A stretch of 64,000 nt of DNA from Anaeramoeba ignava BMAN. Lineage: Eukaryota; Protista; Anaeramoebae. The translations under genes and the position numbers were made by a program. This document shows positions 48,699 through 62,261 of this stretch, piece by piece. The DNA is taken from assembly GCA_028826165.1 (NCBI GenBank), contig JAPDFW010000146.1, positions 1-64,000 of the forward strand. Reading direction: 5' to 3'. Within the stretch, counting starts at the first letter, position 1; each line of letters begins with the position of its first letter. The notes beneath the pieces are model-generated. The model worked only from the letters and a program-made list of their open reading frames with translations. It was not told the DNA's origin and ran no database searches.

Positions 48699-48960
48699 TT
48701 TAAATTATTGAATAATTAATAATAATAATAAAAAATAAAAAGAAAAATTTGAATAATTAAAAATAAAATTAAAAAATAAATTGAAAATCAAAAAAAAATG
48801 AATTTAAAAAATATTAATGAAAAAAATTTATTTTAATTTAATCAGGCAAAAAGAACATTAAATGAACCTTTTTTATTTTATTTTATTTTTCTTCTTTTTA
48901 TTTTTTCTTCTTTTTTTCATTTTTTTTTTCATTTTTTTCTTTGTTATTAAAATTTAAAAT

Positions 48961-50659
48961 ATGAGTTGGAAATATAAAAAAAAACATAAAAAAAGAAAAT
49001 CTATTTTTGATAATAAAACTGATTTTTTAATTCTTGATTATGCTAAAAAATCTCGTAAAAATATTAACTCAATTAAACCAAAAAATAACCCCCAAAAAAG
49101 AAATTTCTGGAAAAATGCTTCAAAAATTCCTCAATTTAACAATTTTACTGCTGAGACTTTATTTCAACGTTATCAACATTTAGTTAAATTCCAAAATCAA
49201 AATCAAAACCAATTTGAAAATCAAAATCAAAATCAAAACCAATTTGAAAATCAAAATGAAAATCAAAACCAATTTGAAAATGAAAATGAAAATCAAAATA
49301 AATTTGAAAATGAATTTGAAAATGAAAATCAAAATAAATTTGAAAATGAATTTGAAAATGAAAATCAAAATAAATTTGAAAATGAAAATGAAAATGAAAA
49401 TGAAAATGAAAACCAAAATCAATTTGAAAATCAAAATGAAAATCAAAATCAATTTGAAAATGAAAATGAAAATCAAAATCAATTTGAAAATCAATTTGAA
49501 AATGAAAATCAATTTGAAAATCAATTTGAAAATGAAAATCAATTTGAAAATCAAAATGAATTTGAAAATCAAAATCAATTTCAAAATCAAAATCAAATTG
49601 AAAATAAAAATAAAAATCAAAATAAAAATAAAAATGAATTTGAAAATCAAAATCAAAATCAAAATCAAAATCAATTTGAAAATGAAAATGAAAATGAAAA
49701 CCAAAATCAAATTGAAAATAAATTTGAAAATCAAAATCAATTTGAAAATGAAAATCAAAATCAAAATCAAAATCAAAATCAAAATCAATTTGAAAATAAA
49801 TTTGAAAATCAAAACCAATTTGAAAATCAAAATCAAAATCAAAATGAAAATCAAAATCAAAATAAAAATAAAAATCAAAATCAATTTGAAAATCAAAATC
49901 AAAATCAATTTGAAAATGAAAATCAAAATCAAAATCAAAATCAAAATCAAAATGAAAATGAAAATCAAAATGAAAATCAATTTGAAAATCAATTTGAAAA
50001 TGAAAATGAAAATGAAAATCAATTTGAAAATAAAAATCAAAATCAATTTGAAAATGAAAATGAAAATTATTTTATAAAACAATTTCAAAATCAATTTAAA
50101 AATCAAAATCAAAATCACTTTTCAGAACAAAATTTAGATCCTTTACAATTTTTAACAAAATTAAATCAAAATCAATTTCAAAAATCAAAATGAAAATCAA
50201 AATGAAAATCAAAATGAAAATAAACATTCAGTTAGTAAAATTTTAGATTCGATTCTTGATAGTGGATTAATTTCAAATTCAGAATATTTTCGAGAATGTT
50301 CAAAAAATGAGGAATATTCAGAAAATAAAACAAACACTTTAGATTTATCAAACTCAGAAACAAAATCAGAGAATCGAACTCAAATATTAACATTTTTTTT
50401 AGATTTAGTTCGACTTTTAGGAATTCCTTCAGAAGTTGGAGTTTATTGTTTGTTTGTTACATCTTGTCAAATTGATTCTGCACTTAAATTACTTTTTAAT
50501 CAAGCTGAACCAAAAGATATTTGGACAACAGCAGATGATATTTATCTTCATGCACATCCAGACAAACTTGATCAATTAATAGAATCTAAAGGAGAAAAGA
50601 ATGTGAGAAATCGAATCCATTTTTTAAGTGAATTTAAGAAAAATGAAAAAGAGAAATGA
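48961..50659 (+). CDS. RAP1: Rap1/TERF2IP-like telomere protein: Myb-like domain, N/Q/E/F-rich linker, RCT domain (frameshift at ~50180)
   Basis: The N-terminus FDNKTDFLILDY...FWK...FTAETLFQRY resembles the Rap1 Myb domain. Removing one A at ~50180 links to ...VYCLFVTSCQIDSA...IWTTADDIYL...LIESKGEKNVRNRIHFL, which matches Rap1 RCT (human IWSRQDDIDL...LVKKFGAQNVARRIEF, from memory). Confidence 0.72.
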
Positions 50660-50741
50660 AAAGAAAAAATTTATTTGCTTTTTATTGATTAAAAATTATT
50701 AATTAAAAAATATCGATTAAAAACTCCATTTTAAAAAAGTC

Positions 50742-53700
50742 TTATTTTTCCTTCCCTAATTCAATTGCCAAAATAGCCAATCTTCCATCAGATAAACCAG
50801 CAATTAAAAATTGTTCATTATTTGAAAAAGATAATGAAAAAATTGAACTTTTCAAATTGATATTGGAAACAACAACAAGATCAAAAAAGTTCCAAATAAG
50901 AAGACTCCCATCAAGACATCCAGTAACAAGATAAGAAGCATCAGAAGTGAGCTGCCAATCCAAAACAGGGGAACTAACAGAAGCACTTTTCAAAAATTTC
51001 CCATTCAAACTAAAAATTCTTATTAAAAGATCACTTGAGTAAATCATAAAAAGACCATCTGGAGAAATTTTGACCAAATAGATTTCAACGGGGGAATCAG
51101 AAACATAAACGGAGCGAACATAACGGCCACGACGAACGGTATGAACAATGCAACTTCCGTCCTTTGAGCCGCTAATAACAAGATCAAGATCAAGACTGAT
51201 CGCAAGACAAGTCACGACGTCATCATGGCCGTAAAGCACATGTTTGGGTGTTTGCGAAACGGAGCGTGATTTCATATCAAACGACCATATGATGACGGTG
51301 GTGTCTTTGGACCCAGTGGCAAGAATGTGGTCGGTTGAGTTAAATCCTAGAGCCAAACATGTCACAACGTCTTTGTGTCGAACAACGCTCTGAGTCACTC
51401 GAGCACTTTCAATGGTTGATAGCTTGAAGGAATCATCCCAGTATCCACAGCTGAACAAACGTTGCGCACTTTGTGAGTATTCAAAGCAATTTGCAAAGCG
51501 AGTAAGATCATAAGCAAAAGTGACACCCATTGATTTTTGATTTTCTGATAAGGAATGATCCAATTCAAAACTAAAAGGATTTGACTGAACTTTGAGATCG
51601 TTGGGTGTCCAACGATATAATCCCAGAACACGCGCACGATCAAGAATGAGAACAGAGTCCGGGATGCCGAGATACGATAAATAACGTGAATGTTGAATAA
51701 ATTTGACATGAATCAAAGAATTTTTTGCGATTGTAATAAAATATAATTTGAGTAACGGAAAATTTTTCTCTGCAAAATATATCGGGGGAAGATTGGCTTC
51801 CTCGCGAGTATTTCGACGGGGATGCGGCCGCCGAAGAAGTTGAGTTGGTGTTTGTCCGAAACTTTCGATTTGAGTTTCAATAGCGAGTCTTTCGCTTTCA
51901 TCGTTAATTGCATCAATATTGACAGTTTTTTCATATGTAAGATAATAGAATAAATTTCCTGCTCGGATTGCTTCTTCGCCTTGTTGTTTGTAACCGAAAA
52001 TGAGGTCGATCCATTTGTGTAGATTTGAGGAAATGTATTCGCTTTCAAGTGCAAGTCGGTTGATGTGCACAAATTCTTCTGCACTTTTCGCCCATTTCGG
52101 TAGAATGCAATCATTTAGTTCTTGTTTGTCTTGCCGTTTTCCAAGCGCAAAGTTGTTCTGGTTTTCAAGAAATTCCGGGAAATAGAAAAATTCTGGGATT
52201 AGTTCTTTTACATCAGATGTGCTTGTCATACAATTTCTCCATGTTTCTGGAAGTGAATGAAACATTCTATCTGCTCTATCGAATTTTCCATCGTTGAGTT
52301 TGATAAAAAGAGTTGTGAATGGTTCACATCTTACGAGATAGGAAACAACGATACCTTTTAAAAATATTATTAAATATTAATAAATATTAAATATTAAATA
52401 TTAAATTAAATATTAAATATTAAATATTAATAAATATTAAATATTAAATAATAATAAATATTATTAAATATTAAATATTAAATATTAAATATTAAATATT
52501 ATTAAATATTAAATATTAAATATTATTAAATATTAAATATTAAATATTAAATATTAAATATTATTAAATATTAAATAATAAATATTAAATAATAAATATT
52601 AAATATTAATTATTAAATAATAAATATTAATAAATATTAAATAATAAATATTAAATATTAAATAATAAATATTAAATATTAATTATTAAAATAAATATTA
52701 ACCAGCATTCGAATAATGTGACCCATAATAAAAAGGTGGAACAATCTGATCAGGATCTACAAAAGTCTCATATCTCTTCTTAAAATAAAGAAATCTCTCA
52801 GGATTCAATGCACCAATAGGCTTCGACAAATCTCGATACACAGAAGGATTAGAAAGATCAATATTTGTTGATTCATAATCGGAAATAACCCACGGAAAAA
52901 TAGGATATTGAGAAATATCATTATATGTTCTCCCAGCAATCGTGTTCAACAACATCAAATAATCAAAATTAGTAATAAGTCGCTTTTGCCATAAAAGAGA
53001 TATATCCGATTTCTTAAACCACTCTTCAGCACTCCCTGTTGAAATATCGAAATTTTGCTTATTCGGGACTAAATTCAAAATTTTGGAATAAATTTTATCC
53101 CGATCTTTTTTGTCGAAATTCAGAAAGAAATTTGTTCTGTCTTTTAGAAATATCTCAATTCCAGACTGTCGGAGTTGATATCTGCGCTTATAAACGAAAA
53201 GAATATCCTTCAATTTCCAAGAATAGTCATTTCCAATGCTCATTTTTTGCTGGATATTCAGATTTGATGTTGTTTCGTTAAATTCAGAATTCTGTTTCAC
53301 AAAAAAATCAAGCGAAATATTAGTAATTTCAAGTATTCCTGATATCTTTTTCAGCGGAGAAATCAACTCGCATTGCCGACTTTCGATAATAATCTTTTTT
53401 TCAAACAAATCATTCTCATTTTGTTCTTTATCCTGATTTTGATCATAATCTTCATCCTTTGATTTCGGATGATTTTTGACTTGATCTTTCAGCAAGTAAG
53501 AAATCATCTGGATCTTGCGACATGCCAAGAGAAACACGAGAAAGTTTCTCTTTGGCGTCTTTTGAAAGATTTAAGTCTGTCGCTTGGTTCATTGTTTGCG
53601 CGAATTTGGGATTAATTTTGGGATCCAAAGAAGCATCTAAATGGTTATCAAAATGGAAATTTGGTTTCAATTTGCGTCTACGACGACATGAGTCCTCTGT

Positions 53701-56700
53701 TTTATCAAGCTTCCATCTCATACTATTCTGCTCTTCTTTTGTGAGCGGATTTCCCCACACACCACGCTCATTCATCGACTCTCTGAGCATCCATCGCAAT
53801 TTGCGGAATGCAAAACGAAGTTTTTTCTGGAATTCTTCAGAAAGTCTTGAAATTCCAAGGCTTTCCTGAGCTATCAAGTTCTTGAATTGCGTCAAAAGCT
53901 CTTTGTATCGCGCTCCAAATGATGATCTTCCATCGAGCGCTTCTTGGTTCATTTTCGATTTTATAACTGGGAGAGTCGAATCAAGTCGCGACTCTAAAAA
54001 TTTGACTTGATTTTTCCAAAATTGCTCAACTCTTCCGTTACTAGGAAAAATTATATGTTCAATAGTAAAATCCCAACTTGGCTGACTGAAAACATCCCGT
54101 AAATAATGCGCTCCTGATACTTTAAATGGTGAATCCTTTGGTTTCAACGGCAGTATTTGTTTGCCAGATGAATCGCGGAAAATCAATTGGAAAAAATGAT
54201 AAAATTGCTGAATCAAAGTTTTCAAAATACTCAATAAAATTGACTCAATAGGATCAACTTGAAGTCGCATTTTTTTCGCCATTTCTTGCTTGAAAAGTGT
54301 CACTTTTTTGTTGCGACTTCCCACTTGATGTGGATTATTGACTGTTTTTGTTGGTTGTTCTTTTGTTATACATTCAGAAAGTGTTTTAAAAAGAGACGAG
54401 AAAACTTGCAAAATTTCGTCTTGATGCCGCGTTAAAAATGGCACATCTTGAGGAATCGCTTGTGTAAAAAATGTCTGAAATTTATCTGCAAATCCTTGTG
54501 ATCCAAAAATTTCTGGCATTTGAACCACTATTGAACAAAGATGAAATACTGAGTTAATACATCCTGGATATAATGATTTATCTTTGAATTTGTATTTTCC
54601 GTTTCGGTACAAATAGCTTGGAAATTATCAAAAAATCGAAAACTTTATCAACAATATATCCATCTTCCCATACAGTTTTTGCTTTGGAAGTATAAATTCT
54701 CTTTCCGTATTGCAACTTGAGTTTTGTATCAATTGAATCAAATTGAGATGTATAAACTGGGAAATTTTTTTCGTTTTTTGAATTTGAATTTAAATTTAAA
54801 TTTAAATTTGAATTTAAATTGGAATCTGAATTGGAATTTAATTTTGAATTTAATTTTAAAATTATATTTGGTTCAGAATTTGATTTTAAATTTAAATTTA
54901 AATTTAGATTCTGATTCTCATTTTCTGACTCATAAACTTCCTTCTTAATTTTGCGCAAATTTTTGTTTTCATCTGCACTTGATCTTTCCTTTTTTTCTTT
55001 CAACATTTTCACATGGAACAAAATGGAATTATGAACAATTCGAATAAAATCAAACATGTTTTCAAGCATTGGTTGTGGGAGAGTATCATGCAAATCCGGA
55101 CTTGGAGATTTAGATTCAAAGAACTCTATAAGTATCACTAAAGAGTCGTAAATGATTCTTCGCGAAATAGCATGCTGATACTTGCGATCTTTATAGCTAT
55201 AGACCTGAATTGTTGATAACAAATAAAAAAAATTGCGTGCACCGCTTGGGTTGTATTGGAAATGATGCAAATTTACTACTCTCAAAATTTCCAACCCAAT
55301 ATCGGATATTTGCATTGTAATGGACTGCTCTTCTTGAATTTCATTCAAAACATTTTCATTCGTTTTGTCTTCTTCATTAAGGAAGTAATTGTGAGAAAAT
55401 ATCTTCTCAAATTTTATGATAGATTCACAATCAATAAGCTCAATTAAAAATCTTTCAATATTATTCACATTTACAAAAATGCAGCAATTAAAAAATTGGT
55501 TTTGAAGTAATTTAAACAAATTTTGCAGCGCAACAAGGATAATTTTTGTTGGGTATTTCTTGCCAAATCTCAGCAAAGTTCTGATCACAGAAGGTCTTAA
55601 CAATTTGACAATTGTTCCATCTTTTAAATCATCAATTTTTTCGTTATCCCATTTGCATTCGAATCCCGTAAGTATTTCAAAAAGAATGCATAATATCCGT
55701 TTTGTGCAGGAATATTGCAACAGAATAGTATCGATAGCGATGTATCGATTCTCACTATCGAACCATGTTTTGAATTTTTTGATTGGTGTTGTATTTGATA
55801 AATGCCACATATCGAGTGTGCATAAAATTTGTAAAGAATTCTCTCTGACTTCTGCATTTTCGCAATCTAAAAGCACAACAAATGGGTCCATAAAGCCGCA
55901 TTGCAACCAGATATCCATGTAGTGATCAGGAAACAATTTCGGCATTTTGCGGAATACTTTATCAAGCATAGCAAGTAAATCAGCAATGTTTTCTTTGTGC
56001 TTAGCCAATGAGCATTCCGCAATAATACATTTGATTGAATGAGGAGATGAATCCTGCTCAATCAATTGAGAAATAAGTTCCATGATGTTTTTCCGAAGAG
56101 CCAAAATTTGTTGTTGATTTGGTCTTTTCCCAATCACAACTCCTGTTGCAAAATCATGTTTTTGTTCTTTTTTTTGTTGTTCGCCAATAGATTCTGTTTC
56201 AGGAATAATATAGTAAAAAGTCCTTGCAATATATAACACATCTTCAATCGAAATTATACTTGAAGGAGGTGCTTGTTCTTTTACAAATTCTTTTAAGATT
56301 GTGAAAAATTCTTTCTGAATTTCAAAATCATGTGTAAATCCAAATTGAAAATCGAAGAAGAAAATGAGAAATCATCCCAGAAAGAAATTCTTCGTTACTA
56401 ATGCTATTTAAGATTCTAGATATCACTTTCATAATATCAGATGTAATATAACCTGGGTTAAGTAAGTTAAATATTTGTCCAAGAAGAGAGAATCCTGATG
56501 ATCTAATTATATCTTCTTGAATTGTGAAATTTTCAATTACAAGATCAGCAATTAAGTCAAATATTTTAAAGCATATTATTTGTGGAGAAGTTTCATTTTG
56601 ATTTTCATTTTCATTTAAATTTTGATTTTGATTTTGATTTTGATTTTGATTTAAATTTGAATTTTCATTTAAATTTTCATTTAAATTTAAATTTGAATTT

Positions 56701-59700
56701 TGATTTTGATTTTGATTTTGATTTTGATTTTGATTTTGATTTTGATTTTGGATTTTGATTTTCATTTTGATTTTGATTTAAATTTGAATTTTCATTTAAA
56801 TTTTCATTTAAATTTAAATTATGATTGTTAATCAACGTAACAAAAAATGGAAAAAGCACTTTGATTCCTCCAAGACAATTAATAACATCAGGAAAGTTCC
56901 TTGTTACACAACGAAACATTGATATAGATTTTGCATCAGTATTAGTACTTGATGATACAGCTTGATTATAAGCAAACTCAAGATCACATGCTTTTGAATT
57001 AAAATTAAGAAAACTTTTACTGTAAATATTACTAATTGAATACATCTTAACTGATTGCTTCCTAGTTATACATCCTTCAGATCGATTTTCTCGATCTCTT
57101 AAATCTTTAATAGTTGATTTTTTCTTTGAATCATATTTTTGTTTTTCTATTTTTTTCATCAATTTCGAATTATTTTGTTCGTTATTTGGAAAATCATTTG
57201 ATAATAATTCTCGACTTATTTTTTCTTTTTTTTGTGTTAAATTTGGAGATGAATAATAAATAGTTGAAATTTCTTCATCTGTGACAACATCTTCCAAAAA
57301 ATAAATTGCGCCCATTTGACCAAAAAATGGATTTTCTCGATAAATACAAAGATCTACTTTTGGCGAAACAATCAAGTAATTTGATCCTATTTTATTTTTA
57401 CTCAAGTAATCTTGGAAAATTGGAGATTTTGCATCGATACTTGAAACACAAAATCCATCAATATAAAGTTTTATTTTGGATTTCTTCTCTGGTGTTTGGG
57501 TAAGTGCAAGAAAAATCCATTTTTTGGATTCAATTTCTTCTTCAAATTTATGAAGAAAAACTTCTCCAATTTGTGTGGCTATTTTAATAACAATATTTGC
57601 TGTTTTATCATTTGGATCCTTGTCATTTGGATCAAAAAACAATTCAATTCCATGTCCTTTTTCTGTTAAAAAACTAAATATTCTTGGTTGATATTTGATG
57701 TTATTTTGTGTATTATCATTAAAAGATTCAACACGAATCCAAGTGAAAAATGTGTATCCTTTTGAAGAAGGCCAATTATCAATTTTTGGGATTACAAGAT
57801 TTGAAGAGATTCCATTAAAACCAAAGAATGCCTTAATTTTAAATTTATAAATGAATTTTAATTTTAAATTTTATAAATGAATTTTAAATTTATAAATGAA
57901 TTTTAATTTTAAATTTATAAATGAATTTTAATTTTATAAATGAATTTTAAATTTATAAATGAATTTTAAATTTATAAATGAATTTTAAATTTATAAATGA
58001 ATTTTTAATTTATAAATGAATTTTGATTTTTACACCAGAATTAATAGATTCTTCTTGACACATTTTCTGAATCCCTGTAAGAAAAAGTGACATATAAATA
58101 AGTTGATTTTGTTGTGGAACATTTTTAAACGTTCGGAAAAAATATTTCAATTCAGGAACAGTCAATCTATAAGAACCAAGAAGTGAAAAAAAATTAACAG
58201 AATAATCTGCAATTTTTGAGAAGGAATGCTTCGAGAAAATATCTGCAAATATTGGGACAATTCCAGCTTCGCAACAACACCAAGTATTATGAGTTGATTT
58301 GCGACAAATATGAAGAAAAGTATGCAAAATATTACTAAAAAGTTTCATGTCACTTGATTTGGAAAAAATATTAAAAATCAACGAAACAATATCAGGATTT
58401 TGAATCAAGAAATTCTTTCTCAAATGGAATTTCCCCTTATAAACAAGCATATTGCAAAGTGTTTTGTAGAGATCTTTACTTGGATTTCCATTATAATAAT
58501 TAGATAATAATTGACCAAACTTTTTATATCCAAAATTCTGCTTAAATATTTTTGTTGATTTAAAGTTGTTTCTAAGAAGTTCTTGAACAAAGTCCACAAC
58601 AAACATGATAAATTCTTTGTCAATCTTTTCGCTATTTTGCGATTTAATTAATTCTTCAACATTTTGCAATGCTCCTGATTTTATAAAGAGAACTTGAAGT
58701 GGATCCTGTTTATTCTGGATACACAATGTTGACAATCGAAGTAGATTTTTCAAAGTGATTGAATTTGCTGATATCTTATTCCTGTCCTCTTTGCGTTTTG
58801 GTTTGTGAATTTTATGGAGAAAGAAAGTGATCATGTCTAAAAAATTTTTGAGAAATTTTGATTGTTGTTCGTTTTCCACTTCTCTAATAAAAGACGATAT
58901 GAAATGACTTGAATAGCCTTTTGGTTTGGTTTTCCAAAAGTAGATCTCTCAGCATAATTGGGGTTGTATCGTCTCCAAGCGCTTGTTTTCTAATATCATC
59001 AATAGAAAATAAAACGCAAAATGAATCAAATAATTCATATCTAATTTTATGAAACACTTTTGGATCAAATGGAAAGGATGTTTTTATATCCTTCTTCATA
59101 TATTTCCTTTGAATCAAATGGAAACGACGTATTTCTGCTGATATTTTGCTAATAAAATTAAGAGAAACAAGTGATTTTTTTGTTCTTCTTGGATTGGATA
59201 TTAAAATTTTCATTAAAAGATCTAAAACCTCATGTTTTATTTGAAGATCATCTTGATATTTTTCAAACATTTCAATTAGACATGTGCATTCAGATAAATT
59301 CGGTTTATCTTTGCGTGATGCAGTATTATAAACAAACTTCTGGAAAAATATCTTTTTGGATTGAAAACATTCAGAATGTGATTTTGATAAATGAACATTC
59401 TTTTTCGTTTTAAAAAGTGAATATAAACAAATCAATCAATAAATAAATAAATAAATAAAAACAAGATTGATTATTTTTTTTTTGTTTGATTTAAAGATCA
59501 TCAAAAGATTGGAAATGATTTTGTGAAGAGAAAATAAAAAATTATACTTCAAATTGAGGAGAATGCCAGAAAGCTTGAGAAAATAGAATATTCCAAACTG
59601 TTTTTTTTGTTAAGATATTTCTTATATCAAAAGCTCCAACTTTCAGAAGTAATTCAAGAATAAAAAATTGTAATTCTGGGGAAATAAATGTAAAAAACAG

Positions 59701-61883
59701 ACGAATTTTTGGATCGAGTTCTGATTTCTTTGAGGGTCTTGTGTCCCAGATATTTAAACATGCTTCGATAATTTTGTATTTGATTTTGTTTTGTGATTGT
59801 TTAATTGTTTTCGATGTTGATCTTGCTATTCTTGGAGATTGTAATTTGTTTTGGTTTTCCTGATCACTAATTGTGTTTGATCTACTTTCGTGTGGTTTTT
59901 TTTCATGATCGGTTGTTGATTTTTGTGATTTGTGAAGACATATTTCAGATAAATTAATAAACAACCGATGAAGAAATGGATTGCTTAAATATTTGGAAAA
60001 ATCTCGAAGATTAATTTTGGGATTTGTTTTGGATCGTTGAATTGAAGATAATGGTGGTGGTTTTGGAAGTGAAGATGGTGCTAATTTAATATTTACAAAT
60101 ATTTTTTTTAATAATAATAATAAATAAATAAATTCAATAAGAAAAAAAAAATATCAAATTATAAATTAATAAATCCACTTCTATTTACGGGAATAATCTT
60201 TTTTTGGATTGGATAAATTAAAAGATTCTTCATTTAAATTATCTAGAGAAATTTCATTTTCATTAATTGTTTCGTAAACCCAATCTTGTGGAAAAGTATA
60301 TGCAACCCATAAAATTAGATCGGATAGGTAATAGAGTTTTGGATTTTTACAGACTGCAATTTCTGAGTCTGGAATATTAACTATAATTTCTCGAAGAAGT
60401 TGTAAAATGATCATTCTCTTTTCAAATCCAAGGTATTTTGAATTTTGATTTTTTATTTGATTTTGATTTTCATTCAAATTTTCATAAACAATAGAAGGAG
60501 GACGAAGTTGTGAAATTACAAGATTTGAAGCTTGAGTTGTGAGTTCTTTTGAAATTAAACCATGACTAAATGTGAAAAGAAGAAGATTTAACAATGAAAT
60601 ATGAGTTTGAGATAGAATTTCGGTTCGTTTGATTTTCTGTTCGAATTCATTAAACAAATCAGTAAATACTTGAATAAAATGAATCAAAAGAAAAAGAAGA
60701 AGGAAATCAATTTGTTTGTTTTTAAAAGAAGAAAACATCAAAAATAAGAAATACAAAATAATAAATCTGTAATAAAAAGCTCAGAAATCCAGGATAAATA
60801 AGGTTTTCCTGTTATTGAAATATCATAAAGATTAATTTCTTCATCTTCTTCTCGATCAATCACATTAATTTTATCGTTATTTCCATGTTCAATATTTTGT
60901 GGAACATGTTTTTCAAACTGATAATCATTCATAAGAAAAAAGCAAAGAATTCTGTTGATTGAAGAACAAATATAAATATAAATATCAAAATCATCATCAA
61001 CATTAACATCAATATTAGTATTATCAACATCTCGAGAATTTGATTCTAAATTTTGCTTTAAACTCAACTTTTTTTTTTCAATTTGAAAAATAATGTTTAA
61101 ATAAATAAATAAGAATAGAAATATAAATACTTTTTTAGCCAAATTGAAAGCTTTAGCATAAACAACAAGCCCTAGTTCAACTAATATATCAAATAAACCA
61201 TATTTAAAAAGTATTGCTCTATTAAATCGAGAATTTGAAAGAATAACAAGCATTTCTAAAGAAAGAATCTCGATTTTGTCATTATTTTTTGTTTGATAAA
61301 TTTCATTTGTAATATTTGCTAATTGTTGAAAAATTTTTTTGTAAAATCATTTTGAAAATATAATTTTCTTTTGTCAATTTGAATTCGAAATGGTAATTTT
61401 ATATTATATTTTATTTTATTTTGTTTCACCTTGTGATTTTTTTAAATGTAAAAGATAAAAAACTAAATTTCTTAATGTTTCAAATATTAAACGAGTTGGA
61501 TGTGCTTCATCGTTTTGAATTGCTTGAGAAAATTGTTCGAAATCAAATTTATTTGAAATTTCATTTTCTTTTGGTTTCCAATCTTGATAATTTTGTAAGA
61601 ATAATTGAGCAAAGTTGTGAAACCATTCATTATGTGTTTGCTTTATAATTTTTATAATTATTATTAATTATTTATTAATTATTTATTTATTTATTTATTA
61701 TTATTTATTTACAACATCTTTTATTTCAATTGATTTTTTCCATAAATTTTGTATTTCTAATCCTTTTGGATTATGTTTTTCAAATCCAGAATTTTCAAGT
61801 ATTTTTGAAAAATAATGTGTTTGAAATTTTTGGAAATTAATTTGTTTTCTGTTCCGAAATAATGAACCAAAATTTGTTTCCAT
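50742..61883 (-). CDS. Large BEACH-domain protein (neurobeachin/LvsA-like): ARM-like, ConA/LamG-like, PH, BEACH, WD40; multi-exon with five frameshifts
   Basis: WPSSKGYTFFTWIRVE, RRYQLRQSGIEIF, QYPIFPWVISDY, YGSHYSNA|GIVVSYLVRCEPFT, DVKELIPEFFY, WIDLIFGYKQ, FGQTPTQL, and WD40 repeats (ATGSKDTTVIIW). Introns include 52355-52702, 57832-58033 and ~60670-60754. The 5' exon structure is less certain. Confidence 0.9.
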
Positions 61884-62261
61884 TTTTGTTTTGTTTTGTT
61901 TTAATAAAAAAAATATAAAATTATTTTATAAACAAAAGAAAAAAAAAATAATCAATAAAAAAAAAAAATGAAAATAAAAAAAATTAAAAAAAATTTGGAT
62001 TTTTTTTTTTAATTTGAAAAAGAAAAAAAAGAAAAAAAAAGAACAAAAGTATAAAATAATCACTTGAAAAGAAAAAAAAAATGAAAAAAAAAAAAGATCA
62101 AAAAAAAAATTGATTTTGAATGAAAATTTTGAATGAAATTAATTTTGTTTTTGTTTTTTAAAAAAAGATAACTAAAAAGTTCTTTTTTTTTTTTGATTGA
62201 TTTCTTAATTCAAAAGAGAATTAAAAGGATGAAAATAAATCAAATTAGTGCTCTTTTTTTT

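Noticed and set aside
46947-50118. ILIL/KIKI/FDFD ORFs
   Set aside because: Translations of hexamer microsatellites in introns or alternative frames.
60670-60756. Apparent -1 frameshift between two BEACH ORFs
   Set aside because: Explained by a phase-compatible GT-AG intron.
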